From contig CBDCXR010000004.1 of the NCBI GenBank assembly GCA_965223845.1, positions 6,400,001-6,464,000 on the forward strand: DNA of 64,000 nt, in the 5' to 3' direction. The DNA is from Planctomycetota bacterium. GTDB lineage: Bacteria > Planctomycetota > UBA8108 > SXIK01. Shown here one piece after another: positions 1 through 8,270 of the stretch (the first letter of the stretch is position 1; each line of letters starts with the position of its first letter). Below the pieces are notes generated by a model, which was given only the letters and a program-made list of their open reading frames with translations, had not been told where the DNA came from and did not search any database. A program made the translations under genes and the position numbers.

Positions 1-521
1 GCACGGGTGTACGCCTCGAGGTCCTCCTCGGAGAAGAGAACCATGCGGACCTCGTCGTACGTCCACTCGGCGAGCCCGTCGGCGACGGCGCGCAGGGCCA
101 CCCGGCTCGCCGCCGCGATGGGATAGCGGTACGCGCCAGTCGAGATCGACGGGAACGCGACGGTTCGCGCGCCTTCGGTGGCGCCGACGCGGAGCGAGTT
201 CTGGTAGGCGGAGCGAAGGAGCCCTTCTTCGCCTTGCTCGCCGCCGCGCCAAACGGGCCCGACGGCGTGGATCACCCACCGGGCGGGGAGATCGCCGGCG
301 CCGGTGACGACGGCCTCGCCCGTCGGGCATCCACCCCGACGAGTGCGGATGCGCTCGCAGTCCGCGAGAATCGACGGACCACCGCGCCGGTGAATCGCGC
401 CGTCGACTCCACCGCCGCCGAGGAGTCCCGAGTTTGCCGCGTTCACGATCGCGTCGACCGCTTGTTCGGTGATGTCGCCACGGAGGACGCGCACGCGGCA
501 GCCAGCAATTGTTTGTTCCAT
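1..521 (-). CDS. Macro-domain protein, O-acetyl-ADP-ribose deacetylase family (3' end outside window)
   Basis: Manual minus-strand translation from ATG 521 (not in ORF track): MEQTIAGCRVRVLRGDITEQAVDAIVNAANSGLLGGGGVDGAIHRRGG...VIHAVGPVW...VAFPSISTGAY; classic macro motifs GDIT, VNAAN, GGGVDGAI, PSISTG. Confidence 0.93.
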   Translation of the reverse strand, partial: MEQTIAGCRVRVLRGDITEQAVDAIVNAANSGLLGGGGVDGAIHRRGGPSILADCERIRTRRGGCPTGEAVVTGAGDLPARWVIHAVGPVWRGGEQGEEGLLRSAYQNSLRVGATEGARTVAFPSISTGAYRYPIAAASRVALRAVADGLAEWTYDEVRMVLFSEEDLEAYTR

Positions 522-1023
522 GTGTGGGTTCTCGAAGACGCACGCGGACGAAAGACACCGTCCGGCGAAGCTCGCCATCCTACCGGACGGCGACTCTGCC
601 GGCATGCGCGACGCGTCGCAATTCCCTCTGCGTCCTTCCGGCCGCGTTACGGTTGCGAGTCCACTCAATGGATCGGTTGCGCGCGGCCGATGTAGTCATA
701 GGGTCTCTCGGGGTGGAAACGATCACGAACACTAACAAGAGCTTGAATTCTCGGTCGGCGGACGTCGGCGCTCGACGCCTCACTTTTCCGGAACGTTCGC
801 TATAATCGAGGGTGCGCCGCGCGACGGGTCTCGCGTGCGCTTTTTTGACAACGAGGATGACGTTTCGTCCCGCTCGAGTCGTTCGTCGCTCGAACGACTG
901 ACGAGTTCAGGGCGAGCCGCGACTCACGCGGCGCACCGGACGATCTCCGGTGCCCCGGACCGTCGAGTGCGTCTCGCCCCGGTGGCGATTTCGACGGAAA
1001 ACGAAGAAGAAGGAGGGAGATGC

Positions 1024-1998
1024 ATGAGGGCTCATTCGGGACTGCGAATGCGCGCCGCCGGAGAGGAGTTCCGACGCGCGGAGCGGCGTCTCGCTCACTT
1101 CCTGAACTCGCTTGCGCTGCTCGTCGCCCTGCCGCTCGCGGTCAGCGCCCAGGAAAACGAGGTCCTGCCGGCCCCGAGCGACGTCGCCGTTTGCCAGATC
1201 GATTACGGCGACTCCGCCGCGGTCGAGATCTCGTGGGGCAATCCGGAGATGTACGAGGTCGTCGAGTTTGCGATCGACGGCGAGCTCGTTCCCGCGGAGA
1301 GCGCGATCAGCGACGGCGCCGACGGCGTCGGAATCGTTCCCGCGCCGTTTGGGCTCCACGAGTTCGGCGTACGCGGGCGAGTGGGAAACTCGATCTCCCC
1401 GTGGACGGTTGCCGAGTTTCTCGTGCTCGAGGAAAGTCCCGTTCCCGAACCGATCGTCGAGCTCGACTGCGAGTTCATCCCGGTGATGGGCGGCATGGTT
1501 CAGGTCACGTGGATGGCCGGCGCGGACGCGTGGGAGCTCGGACGCGTCGGGTTCGTCGGGGCGAACGGTTACGTGCGCGTCGAGAAGGATGAGACCGCCG
1601 CCGAGCTGCTCACGTTCTCGACGGATGCGGAGCCCGAAGTGTTCGCGATGTTCAAGAATGCGGACGGCTACTTCTCGCCGCGGTTCACCGTTCCGTGTGA
1701 GCAGCGGACGCCGCGTTTTCGTCGGGGCGACTGTGACTCCAGCGGCGGGATCAACATCACCGACGCGATTTTCAATCTGAACCACCTCTTCGTCGAAGGC
1801 CCGCGTGGATTCTGCGACGACGCCTGCGATTCGAACGACGACGGAGTGATCAACCTCGCCGACTCGCTCGCGACGCTCGAATACCTCTTCCGCGGCGGAT
1901 CTCCGCCTCCGATTCCCGGGCCGATCGACTGCGGGATCGACGAAACGGAGGACTTGCTCGGTGGGATTTGCTTTTGCCCGAGCGCGGGGGGCGTCTAG
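1024..1998 (+). CDS. Exported protein with two FN3/Ig-like domains and C-terminal dockerin-like (EF-hand pair) module
   Basis: RBS aggagggaga before ATG 1024; signal peptide LALLVALPLAVSA; C-terminal FRRGDCDSSGGINITDAIFNLNHLF...CDDACDSNDDGVINLADSLATLEYLF...CGIDET from 1717. Confidence 0.8.
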   Translation: MRAHSGLRMRAAGEEFRRAERRLAHFLNSLALLVALPLAVSAQENEVLPAPSDVAVCQIDYGDSAAVEISWGNPEMYEVVEFAIDGELVPAESAISDGADGVGIVPAPFGLHEFGVRGRVGNSISPWTVAEFLVLEESPVPEPIVELDCEFIPVMGGMVQVTWMAGADAWELGRVGFVGANGYVRVEKDETAAELLTFSTDAEPEVFAMFKNADGYFSPRFTVPCEQRTPRFRRGDCDSSGGINITDAIFNLNHLFVEGPRGFCDDACDSNDDGVINLADSLATLEYLFRGGSPPPIPGPIDCGIDETEDLLGGICFCPSAGGV

Positions 1999-2024
1999 GG
2001 CGTTCGCACGCACTCACAAGAGAG

Positions 2025-2066
2025 ATTCACACGAAGAGCGCGAAGGGGACGCGAAGGAAGACGAAG
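2025..2066 (+). repeat. REP-like 9-bp-periodic repeat, copy 1
   Basis: attcacacgaagagcgcgaaggggacgcgaaggaagacgaag; closely similar to copies at 7760, 8197 (reverse), 37516 and 40928. Confidence 0.8.
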
Positions 2067-2159
2067 ACGAGTACGAGAAAACGCGGGAGTTGGGAGCGAG
2101 CGATCGGGTGGCAGGGGTGGAACTAGCGTCCTAGCTACCCGAGGGCGCAAACGAGGAAG

Positions 2160-2209
2160 AAGACGGCGAGGAGCGCGGGTGCGCGTCTCCTCGCCGTTTT
2201 TGTTTGTTG
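2160..2209 (+). terminator. Intrinsic terminator-like hairpin
   Basis: Stem acggcgaggag (2163-2173) / ctcctcgccgt (2187-2197) followed by ttttgtttgttg, downstream of the 1024..1998 gene. Confidence 0.65.
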
Positions 2210-2325
2210 TGGACGATCGCGAATCCGCTTGATCGTTTCTCCGCAAAGGAGAATCATCGTGCGCCGGGTGCGGAGTGGGAGCGCGATGACGAGTTTTCCT
2301 TTATCGGGCGACAGAACGGATCAGC

Positions 2326-3750
2326 ATGAACTCGAGCACGGGTGCGGGAACCACGGCGTTCCGCGAAGAGAGTGACACGATGGGCACCGTCAAGGTGCCC
2401 GCGGACCGCTACTGGGGGGCGCAGACACAGCGTTCTCTCGAGAACTTCAAGATCGGGGGCGAGCGACTTCCGTCGCCGCTCATCCGTGCGCTCGGAATCG
2501 TGAAGAAGGCGGCGGCTCGAGCGAACGTCGACCTCGGCACGCTCGACGAACGACTCGGGCGCGCGATCGATCAGGCGGCGGACGAAGTCGTCGCGGGGGA
2601 CCTCGACGCTCAATTCCCGCTCGTCGTGTGGCAGACCGGATCCGGTACGCAGAGCAACATGAACGCGAACGAGGTGATCTCGAACCGCGCGATCGAGCTC
2701 CTCGGGGGCGAGATCGGCTCGAAGGATCCGGTCCACCCGAACGATCACTGCAATCGCAGTCAATCCTCGAACGATACCTTTCCGACGGCGATGCACATCG
2801 CGGCCGTCGAGGAGCTCGAGCGCCGCCTCCTCCCGTCGCTGCGGACTCTTCTGAAAACCTTCGAGGAGAAAGCGCGGGCGTTCGACGAAATCATCAAGCT
2901 CGGGCGGACGCATCTTCAGGACGCGACCCCGCTCACGCTCGGTCAGGAGTTCTCGGGATACGCGCGTCAGATCGCAAACGGAATCGAGCGCGTCGTGGCG
3001 AGCCAGCCGCGCCTCCTCGAGCTCGCGCAGGGTGGAACGGCCGTGGGGACGGGACTCAACGCTCCGGTCGGATTCGCGGAAAAGTTCGCGGGCGAGGTCG
3101 CGACGATCACCGGCCTCCCGTTTGTCACCGCGCCGAACAAATTCGAGGGACTCGCGGCGCACGACGCACTCGTCGAGCTGTCCGGTTCCTTGAATACGGT
3201 CGCCGCGAGTCTCCACAAGATCGCGAACGACCTCCGGCTCCTCGGCTCGGGACCTCGCTGTGGCCTCGGGGAGCTGCGTCTCCCCGCGAACGAACCGGGG
3301 TCCTCCATCATGCCGGGGAAGGTGAACCCGACACAGTGCGAGGCGCTGACGATGGTCTGCGCTCAAGTGATGGGGAATCACGTCGCGGTGACGGTCGCGG
3401 GCGCGTGCGGTCACCTCGAGCTAAACGTCTACAAGCCCGTCATCATCTACAACGTGCTGCAGTCGATTCGCCTTATCGCCGACGGCGCGGCGAGCTTTAC
3501 GGAGAAGTGTCTCGTCGGAGTCGAGCCGAACCGCGAGCGGATCGATCAGCTCATGCGCGATTCGCTGATGCTCGTCACGGCGCTCAATCCGCACATCGGC
3601 TACGACAACGCGGCGAAGGTCGCGAAGAAGGCATTTGCAGACGGGAGCTCGCTCAAGGAAGCGGCGGTCGCGCTCGGATTGCTCACGGAAGAGCAGTTCG
3701 ACGAGTGGGTGCGGCCGGAGCGAATGACGGGGCCAAGCGGGGGAGCTTAG
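2326..3750 (+). CDS. fumC: Class II fumarate hydratase
   Basis: [41 protein letters not shown] and the signature [15 protein letters not shown]. Confidence 0.98.
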   Translation: MNSSTGAGTTAFREESDTMGTVKVPADRYWGAQTQRSLENFKIGGERLPSPLIRALGIVKKAAARANVDLGTLDERLGRAIDQAADEVVAGDLDAQFPLVVWQTGSGTQSNMNANEVISNRAIELLGGEIGSKDPVHPNDHCNRSQSSNDTFPTAMHIAAVEELERRLLPSLRTLLKTFEEKARAFDEIIKLGRTHLQDATPLTLGQEFSGYARQIANGIERVVASQPRLLELAQGGTAVGTGLNAPVGFAEKFAGEVATITGLPFVTAPNKFEGLAAHDALVELSGSLNTVAASLHKIANDLRLLGSGPRCGLGELRLPANEPGSSIMPGKVNPTQCEALTMVCAQVMGNHVAVTVAGACGHLELNVYKPVIIYNVLQSIRLIADGAASFTEKCLVGVEPNRERIDQLMRDSLMLVTALNPHIGYDNAAKVAKKAFADGSSLKEAAVALGLLTEEQFDEWVRPERMTGPSGGA

Positions 3751-3778
3751 CTCGCGCGGTCTTTCTCTCTCGGCGGTC

Positions 3779-4351
3779 TTACTCGAGGCCCTCGTCCATC
3801 TCCCGAGCCAGCCAAGCCCGAGTGTAGCGCCACTCCCGCTCGACCTTGGTCTTCGAGAGCCCGAGGACCGTCGCCACCTCGTCGACCGCGAGGCCCGCGA
3901 AGAAGCGGAGCATCACGATCTTCGCCTTGTCCGGATCTTCGGCTTCGAGCTTCTCGATCGCGTCGTTGAGCGCGAGGACGTCGTCGCAGGGTGCCTCGAT
4001 CGGAACCGCTTCGGCGTCGACGCCCACCCGCTTCCAGTCGCCGCCGCGCTTCGCCGCAGATTTCCGGCGCGCTTGGTCGACGAGGATCTGACGCATGGCG
4101 CGCGCGGCCGCGCCGAAGAAGTGTCCGCGCCCCTCCCAGCCCGGGTCGTTCGTCCCGACGACTCGGACGTAGGCTTCATGGACGAGCGCGGTCGCCTGGA
4201 GGGTCTGTCCCGGTGACTCGCGGCGCATGAGCGCACGACCGAGACGGCGGAGATCGGAGTAAAGAAGCGGCAAGAGCTCGGCGGCGGCCTTGCCGTCGCC
4301 GGACTGTATCGCGCTCCACGTTTGCTTGAGGCGTTCTTCGGAATCGCTCAA
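3779..4351 (-). CDS. ECF-type RNA polymerase sigma factor, Planctomycete/Verrucomicrobia TIGR02999-like
   Basis: ELLPLLYSDLRRL...QTLQATALVHEAY...HFFGAAARAMRQILVDQARR...LRFFAGL...VEREWRYTRAWL; TTG start at 4351 preceded by gaggaaaacg. Confidence 0.92.
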   Translation of the reverse strand: MSDSEERLKQTWSAIQSGDGKAAAELLPLLYSDLRRLGRALMRRESPGQTLQATALVHEAYVRVVGTNDPGWEGRGHFFGAAARAMRQILVDQARRKSAAKRGGDWKRVGVDAEAVPIEAPCDDVLALNDAIEKLEAEDPDKAKIVMLRFFAGLAVDEVATVLGLSKTKVEREWRYTRAWLAREMDEGLE

Positions 4352-4538
4352 CGTTTTCCTCGCGTCGTTCGGACGAGGCCAGGCTACCAAAAGAGCGGAG
4401 GGCCACAAGAAGGGAGAGGCCGAGGAGCGCTACGGAGGATGGGGCGAGAGAAAACAAGTGCTTGAGCGCGCCGTCGATCGGCGTAGAGTGGCGGCGTCGG
4501 CGTAGTCTCGTGCAAAGGGTGGCACCGGTGGAACGTCC

Positions 4539-5297
4539 ATGCTGCACCTGATCTTCTGGCTCGGCGTGTACTCGCTCCTACTCCTTGCGATCGCGCAGGC
4601 TTCCGGCGAGCTCGATCGCAGCCGGGTGTTCAAGCTCGCGTTCTTCCCCGCGACGATCGTCGCGGTCTTCGTTCAGATCGTCGCCGCGCTCCTTACCGTG
4701 GGGCGGACCTACCAGATCTCGCTCTTCGCGAGTGGGAAGCCGGCCTTCTGCCTCCAGCCGAAGAAGAAGGTTCCGATTCTAGCCGGCGCGGTGTTCGTGC
4801 TGGTGAGTCACGCTGCGCTCTACGCGCTGTTCCTCGCGTTCGTCACCGTCGGCGAGCGAGAGGCGCAAGTCGAAGTGCGCGAGCTTCATCTGCCGTCGGT
4901 CACGCCGCACGAGCTCGTCGAGGGCCAGATCGACGTCGACCTGCGCGGGTACCTCCGCGGCTTCCCGCGACTTTGGGATGCGGCGAAGGAATCGCCGGTG
5001 TTCTACGGGATCCTCGCCTACATTTTCGTCCCGGCGTTCGCGCTGGTTCGCCTGCAGGGACGCGCGGCGCAGTGGACTGCGACCGTGATGATCGCGCTCG
5101 CGCTCGTCGTCTACACCATGGACTGGTTCGGGCTCGACTACCGCTTCTTCAGCCGCGGCTGGTGGGCCCGGTGGATCTACTTCCCGGGCTGGTGGGCGCT
5201 CTTCTCGCTCTTCGTGACGGGTGCGCTCGCGATGCTCGCGGCGTCGATCGTCCCGGCGTTCGCGCGCTTGTTCGCGCGGAAGAGTGAGAAGGCTTGA
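4539..5297 (+). CDS. Hypothetical multi-pass membrane protein
   Basis: 252 aa, about 6 hydrophobic segments, typical codon usage. Confidence 0.75.
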   Translation: MLHLIFWLGVYSLLLLAIAQASGELDRSRVFKLAFFPATIVAVFVQIVAALLTVGRTYQISLFASGKPAFCLQPKKKVPILAGAVFVLVSHAALYALFLAFVTVGEREAQVEVRELHLPSVTPHELVEGQIDVDLRGYLRGFPRLWDAAKESPVFYGILAYIFVPAFALVRLQGRAAQWTATVMIALALVVYTMDWFGLDYRFFSRGWWARWIYFPGWWALFSLFVTGALAMLAASIVPAFARLFARKSEKA

Positions 5298-5356
5298 GCC
5301 GGCGAGAGGGAACGGACGAGCCGAGGATTCACCCGCTCCGGGGGCAGATCTAAGAT

Positions 5357-6721
5357 CTAGATCAGCTCGTGAACCGGTTCGATGCCGGAGTCGACGAGGT
5401 ACTGCGGTCGGCCGTGCATGTCGTCGACGGTCGCTGTACGAACGTCGATTCCGAGGTTGTGGTAGAGCGTAGCCCACACCTCTTGAAACGACACCGGGCG
5501 CTCCTTCGCGTATTCGCCGAGACGATTCGTCGCGCCGATCACCTGGCCCGTCTTCATGCCGCCGCCCGCAAGGAGGGCGCAGGAGACGCGCGGCCAGTGA
5601 TCACGGCTGTTCTTCTTGTTGATCTTTGGCGTGCGGCCGAACTCGCCCCAGACGATCACGCTCACGTCCTTGTCGAGTCCCCGTTCGTGAAGATCGGTGA
5701 TGAGCGCGGAGAGTCCTTGATCGAGGAGCGGAAACTCCTCGCGCGAACGCGGGAAGTTCATGCCGTCGCCGCCGTGCCAATCCCAGCGGCTGTAGTTGAG
5801 CGACACGACGCGCGCCCCGGCTTCGACGAGCCGCCGCGCGACGAGGAAATTGCGCACCATTTTGGGTGCACCATCGCGCTGAAACGTTTCGTCGTTCTCG
5901 CCGTAGCGCTCGACGATCTTCGGGTCCTCCTTCGAGAGGTCGAGCGCGTCGGCCAGACCGGACGACGTGAGGATACTCATCGCCTGGCGCGTGTAGTGGT
6001 CGACCCCCTGAAGTCGCTGGTCGTGGTCGAGACCGCGACGGAAGCGATCGAGTGAACCGAGCAGCTGCCCCCGGTCGCGGAGACGCTCGAGCGAGATTCC
6101 CTGAAGCGTCATGTCCTCCGACGGACCGACACCCTTCTCGCGCACGAGGCGAATCGGGGTGTGCGCCGGGCCGAGGTAGCCGCCGTCGCCGGGTTCACCC
6201 CAGTTGCGGAACCGCGTTCGGTACATGAGCGAGACGTGCGCGGGAATTCCCGGCGCCGCGGATCCCTGAAGCTTCGAGACGAAGGCGCCCGCCGCCGGCC
6301 AGCCGCCGCTCGGCGGATTTCGATGCGTGCGTCCGGTCATGCACTGAAAGCCGTCGTGATGACCCTCCGAGCCGACGACCGAACGGATGATGGCGAACTT
6401 GTCCGCCATCTTCGCGAGACGCGGAAAGAGCTCGCAGATTTGCATTCCCGCGACGTTCGTCTCGATCGGGTTGAACTCGCCGCGAATCTCGCGCGGCGCA
6501 TCCGGCTTCAAATCCCACAGATCGATGTGGGAGGGACCGCCCGGAAGGAAGATGTTGATCAGCGCCTTGTGCGTCCGGCCGGAACCCGAGCTCTGCTCGA
6601 GAGCGAGAAGTTGGGGGAGCGAGAGACCCCCGAGCGCCATCCCTCCTACTTTGAGAAAGCTGCGGCGACTCGTGCCGTCGCAGTGTCGCCGCCGGTCGCC
6701 GTTTCCCCAGAGGGTGAGCAT
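5357..6721 (-). CDS. DUF1501 family protein
   Basis: Tat-like SRRSFLKVG, GGPSHIDLWDLKP, ARRLVEAGARVV, WGEFGRTPKIN, RDHWP. Confidence 0.93.
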   Translation of the reverse strand: MLTLWGNGDRRRHCDGTSRRSFLKVGGMALGGLSLPQLLALEQSSGSGRTHKALINIFLPGGPSHIDLWDLKPDAPREIRGEFNPIETNVAGMQICELFPRLAKMADKFAIIRSVVGSEGHHDGFQCMTGRTHRNPPSGGWPAAGAFVSKLQGSAAPGIPAHVSLMYRTRFRNWGEPGDGGYLGPAHTPIRLVREKGVGPSEDMTLQGISLERLRDRGQLLGSLDRFRRGLDHDQRLQGVDHYTRQAMSILTSSGLADALDLSKEDPKIVERYGENDETFQRDGAPKMVRNFLVARRLVEAGARVVSLNYSRWDWHGGDGMNFPRSREEFPLLDQGLSALITDLHERGLDKDVSVIVWGEFGRTPKINKKNSRDHWPRVSCALLAGGGMKTGQVIGATNRLGEYAKERPVSFQEVWATLYHNLGIDVRTATVDDMHGRPQYLVDSGIEPVHELI

Positions 6722-6930
6722 GACGTCGTCCTCGCTCGCGCGTCGATCCAGAATGCCGAAGGCTCTCTGACTGAGTCTCGTTCAGTCTAAGCGAGCTCGC
6801 GGCGAGGGGTCCAGCTTCCGAGAGTCGAATTCGGGGCTACCTCGCCGCCGTCTCCGGTGCTCGTCTTGGCCTCCGTGCGCGATTCGCGTAGGGTCATGAG
6901 CCTTCCCCACACCTTCGGAGGTTACGACAC

Positions 6931-7755
6931 ATGACGCACCGATCGATCCCCCGCCGGCGGTTCCTGAAGGCCGCCGCTTCCGTCCTCGCCGCCCCGGCGA
7001 TCCTCCCGACGGGCTGCGCGCTCCTTCGCGGCGACGACGCGATCGAGCTCTTCGACGGAAAGACGCTCACCGGCTGGCACAAGAACCCGCAGAAGATCGG
7101 ACACGGAACGGGCGGCACCTGGTACGTCGAGGACGGCGCGATCGTCGGCGAGCAAGATCCTCCCGGTTCCGGTAACGGTGGGATTCTCCTCTCCGACCGG
7201 AAGTTCGGCGACTTCGAGGTCGAGATCGACATGAATCACGACTGGGGGCCCTGTTCGGGATTCTTCCTCCGCGCGAACGATCGCGGGCAGTGTCTTCAGG
7301 TGATGGTCGACTACCACGACGGCGGCAACGTCGGGCACATCTACGGTGAGGGAACGGGCGGCTTCAACTCGCGCGCGTTCGACATCAACGGCGAACTCGA
7401 CGCGGACGGGAACCTCGAGAAGATCGTGACTGCGAACGAGCGTACGCCCGAGCAGCACGGGTGCCGCTATACCTGTAAGCCCGAGGAGTGGGTGGACTCG
7501 TGGCGGATCGGCGACTGGAACACGATGCGTGTTCGCTGCGTCGGCAAGTACCCGGTGATCACGACGTGGATCAACGGTGCGAAGATCTGCGAATTCGACG
7601 GCGAGACCTTCGCCGGGGAGCGCTACGACCGAGAGAAGGTGCTCGAAACGCTAGGGACGGAAGGCTCGATCGCGGTGCAGGTGCACGGCGGGAAGGGTTG
7701 GCCGAAAGGGGCGAAGGTCCGCTGGCGGAATATACGCGTTCGCGCCATCTCGTAG
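6931..7755 (+). CDS. DUF1080 (3-keto-disaccharide hydrolase-like) protein, Tat-exported
   Basis: PRRRFLKAA Tat motif; LFDGKTLTGW, WYVEDGAIVG, GDWNTMRVRC, IAVQVHG, VRWRNIRV. Confidence 0.9.
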   Translation: MTHRSIPRRRFLKAAASVLAAPAILPTGCALLRGDDAIELFDGKTLTGWHKNPQKIGHGTGGTWYVEDGAIVGEQDPPGSGNGGILLSDRKFGDFEVEIDMNHDWGPCSGFFLRANDRGQCLQVMVDYHDGGNVGHIYGEGTGGFNSRAFDINGELDADGNLEKIVTANERTPEQHGCRYTCKPEEWVDSWRIGDWNTMRVRCVGKYPVITTWINGAKICEFDGETFAGERYDREKVLETLGTEGSIAVQVHGGKGWPKGAKVRWRNIRVRAIS

Positions 7756-7759
7756 AAGA

Positions 7760-7802
7760 ATTTCACACGAAGAACGCGAAGGACCGCGAAGAAAGACGAA
7801 GG
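7760..7802 (+). repeat. REP-like repeat copy 2, left arm of an inverted pair
   Basis: atttcacacgaagaacgcgaaggaccgcgaagaaagacgaagg; 39/43 identical to the reverse complement of 8197-8239. Confidence 0.88.
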
Positions 7803-7823
7803 TAGGAAGAAAGGAAAGTATCC

Positions 7824-8177
7824 GGTGTCGGGCGAGCTGCCGCACGAAGTAGAGCTACCCTCGAAAGGTGTGGGAATAGAAGACAGGCGGTGAAACCTTA
7901 CTTGTTGCAACACAAAGACAAGGAGTCACCGCCATGCCGAAAAAGACCACGCCTGTGCTGAGTTCGTCAAGCGTCGCCTGGATCAACTCGAGGACTTCGT
8001 GCGGGACACGGTTCAGTTCGTCGTCCAGCAGCTGCTCGAGGAGGAAGTCTCGGAGTTATTGGGCCGGGCTTCGGCTTAAGCGGAGAACAGATACGTCGTC
8101 AGAAACGCACCGTGTGAGATCTTCTTCCACACCTGTTGACGGTTCCTCCACGAAAGTAAGGCAACTCGCCTGACACC
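7824..8177. repeat. Second palindromic element (GGTGTC[AG]GGCGAG arms) interrupted by an IS remnant
   Basis: Left arm ggtgtcgggcgagctgcc (7824-7841) versus reverse complement of 8160-8177 ggtgtcaggcgagttgcc, 16/18 identical. Confidence 0.8.
7852..8148 (+). mobile_element. Internally deleted IS256-family element (297 bp, MITE-like) with transposase N-terminal remnant
   Basis: TIRs gagctaccctcgaaaggtgtgg / rc gaggaaccgtcaacaggtgtgg (17/22); flanking near-direct repeat cacgaagta (7843-7851) / cacgaaagta (8149-8158); RBS aggag + ATG 7934 MPKKTTPVLSSSSVAW, then -1 frame DQLEDFVRDTVQFVVQQLLEEEVSELLGR*, resembling IS256 transposase N-termini; lower GC. Confidence 0.75.
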
Positions 8178-8196
8178 AATTAGTCTCTTTTCTCTT

Positions 8197-8239
8197 CCTT
8201 CGTCCGCCTTCGCGGTCCTTCGCGCTCTTCGTGTGAAAT
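8197..8239 (-). repeat. REP-like repeat copy 3, right arm of the inverted pair
   Basis: Reverse complement reads atttcacacgaagagcgcgaaggaccgcgaaggcggacgaagg. Confidence 0.88.
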
Positions 8240-8270
8240 CTCCCTCGAGGCGAACCAACCGCTCCGGGAG

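Noticed and set aside
801-806. TATAAT sigma-70 promoter upstream of the first dockerin gene
   Set aside because: Perfect -10 but no acceptable -35 at 16-18 bp and no TG extension; plausible but unsupported.
7760-8239. CRISPR array or integron attC sites
   Set aside because: Repeats are inverted pairs, not direct repeats with regular spacers; no cas or integrase genes; no RYYYAAC/GTTRRRY ends.
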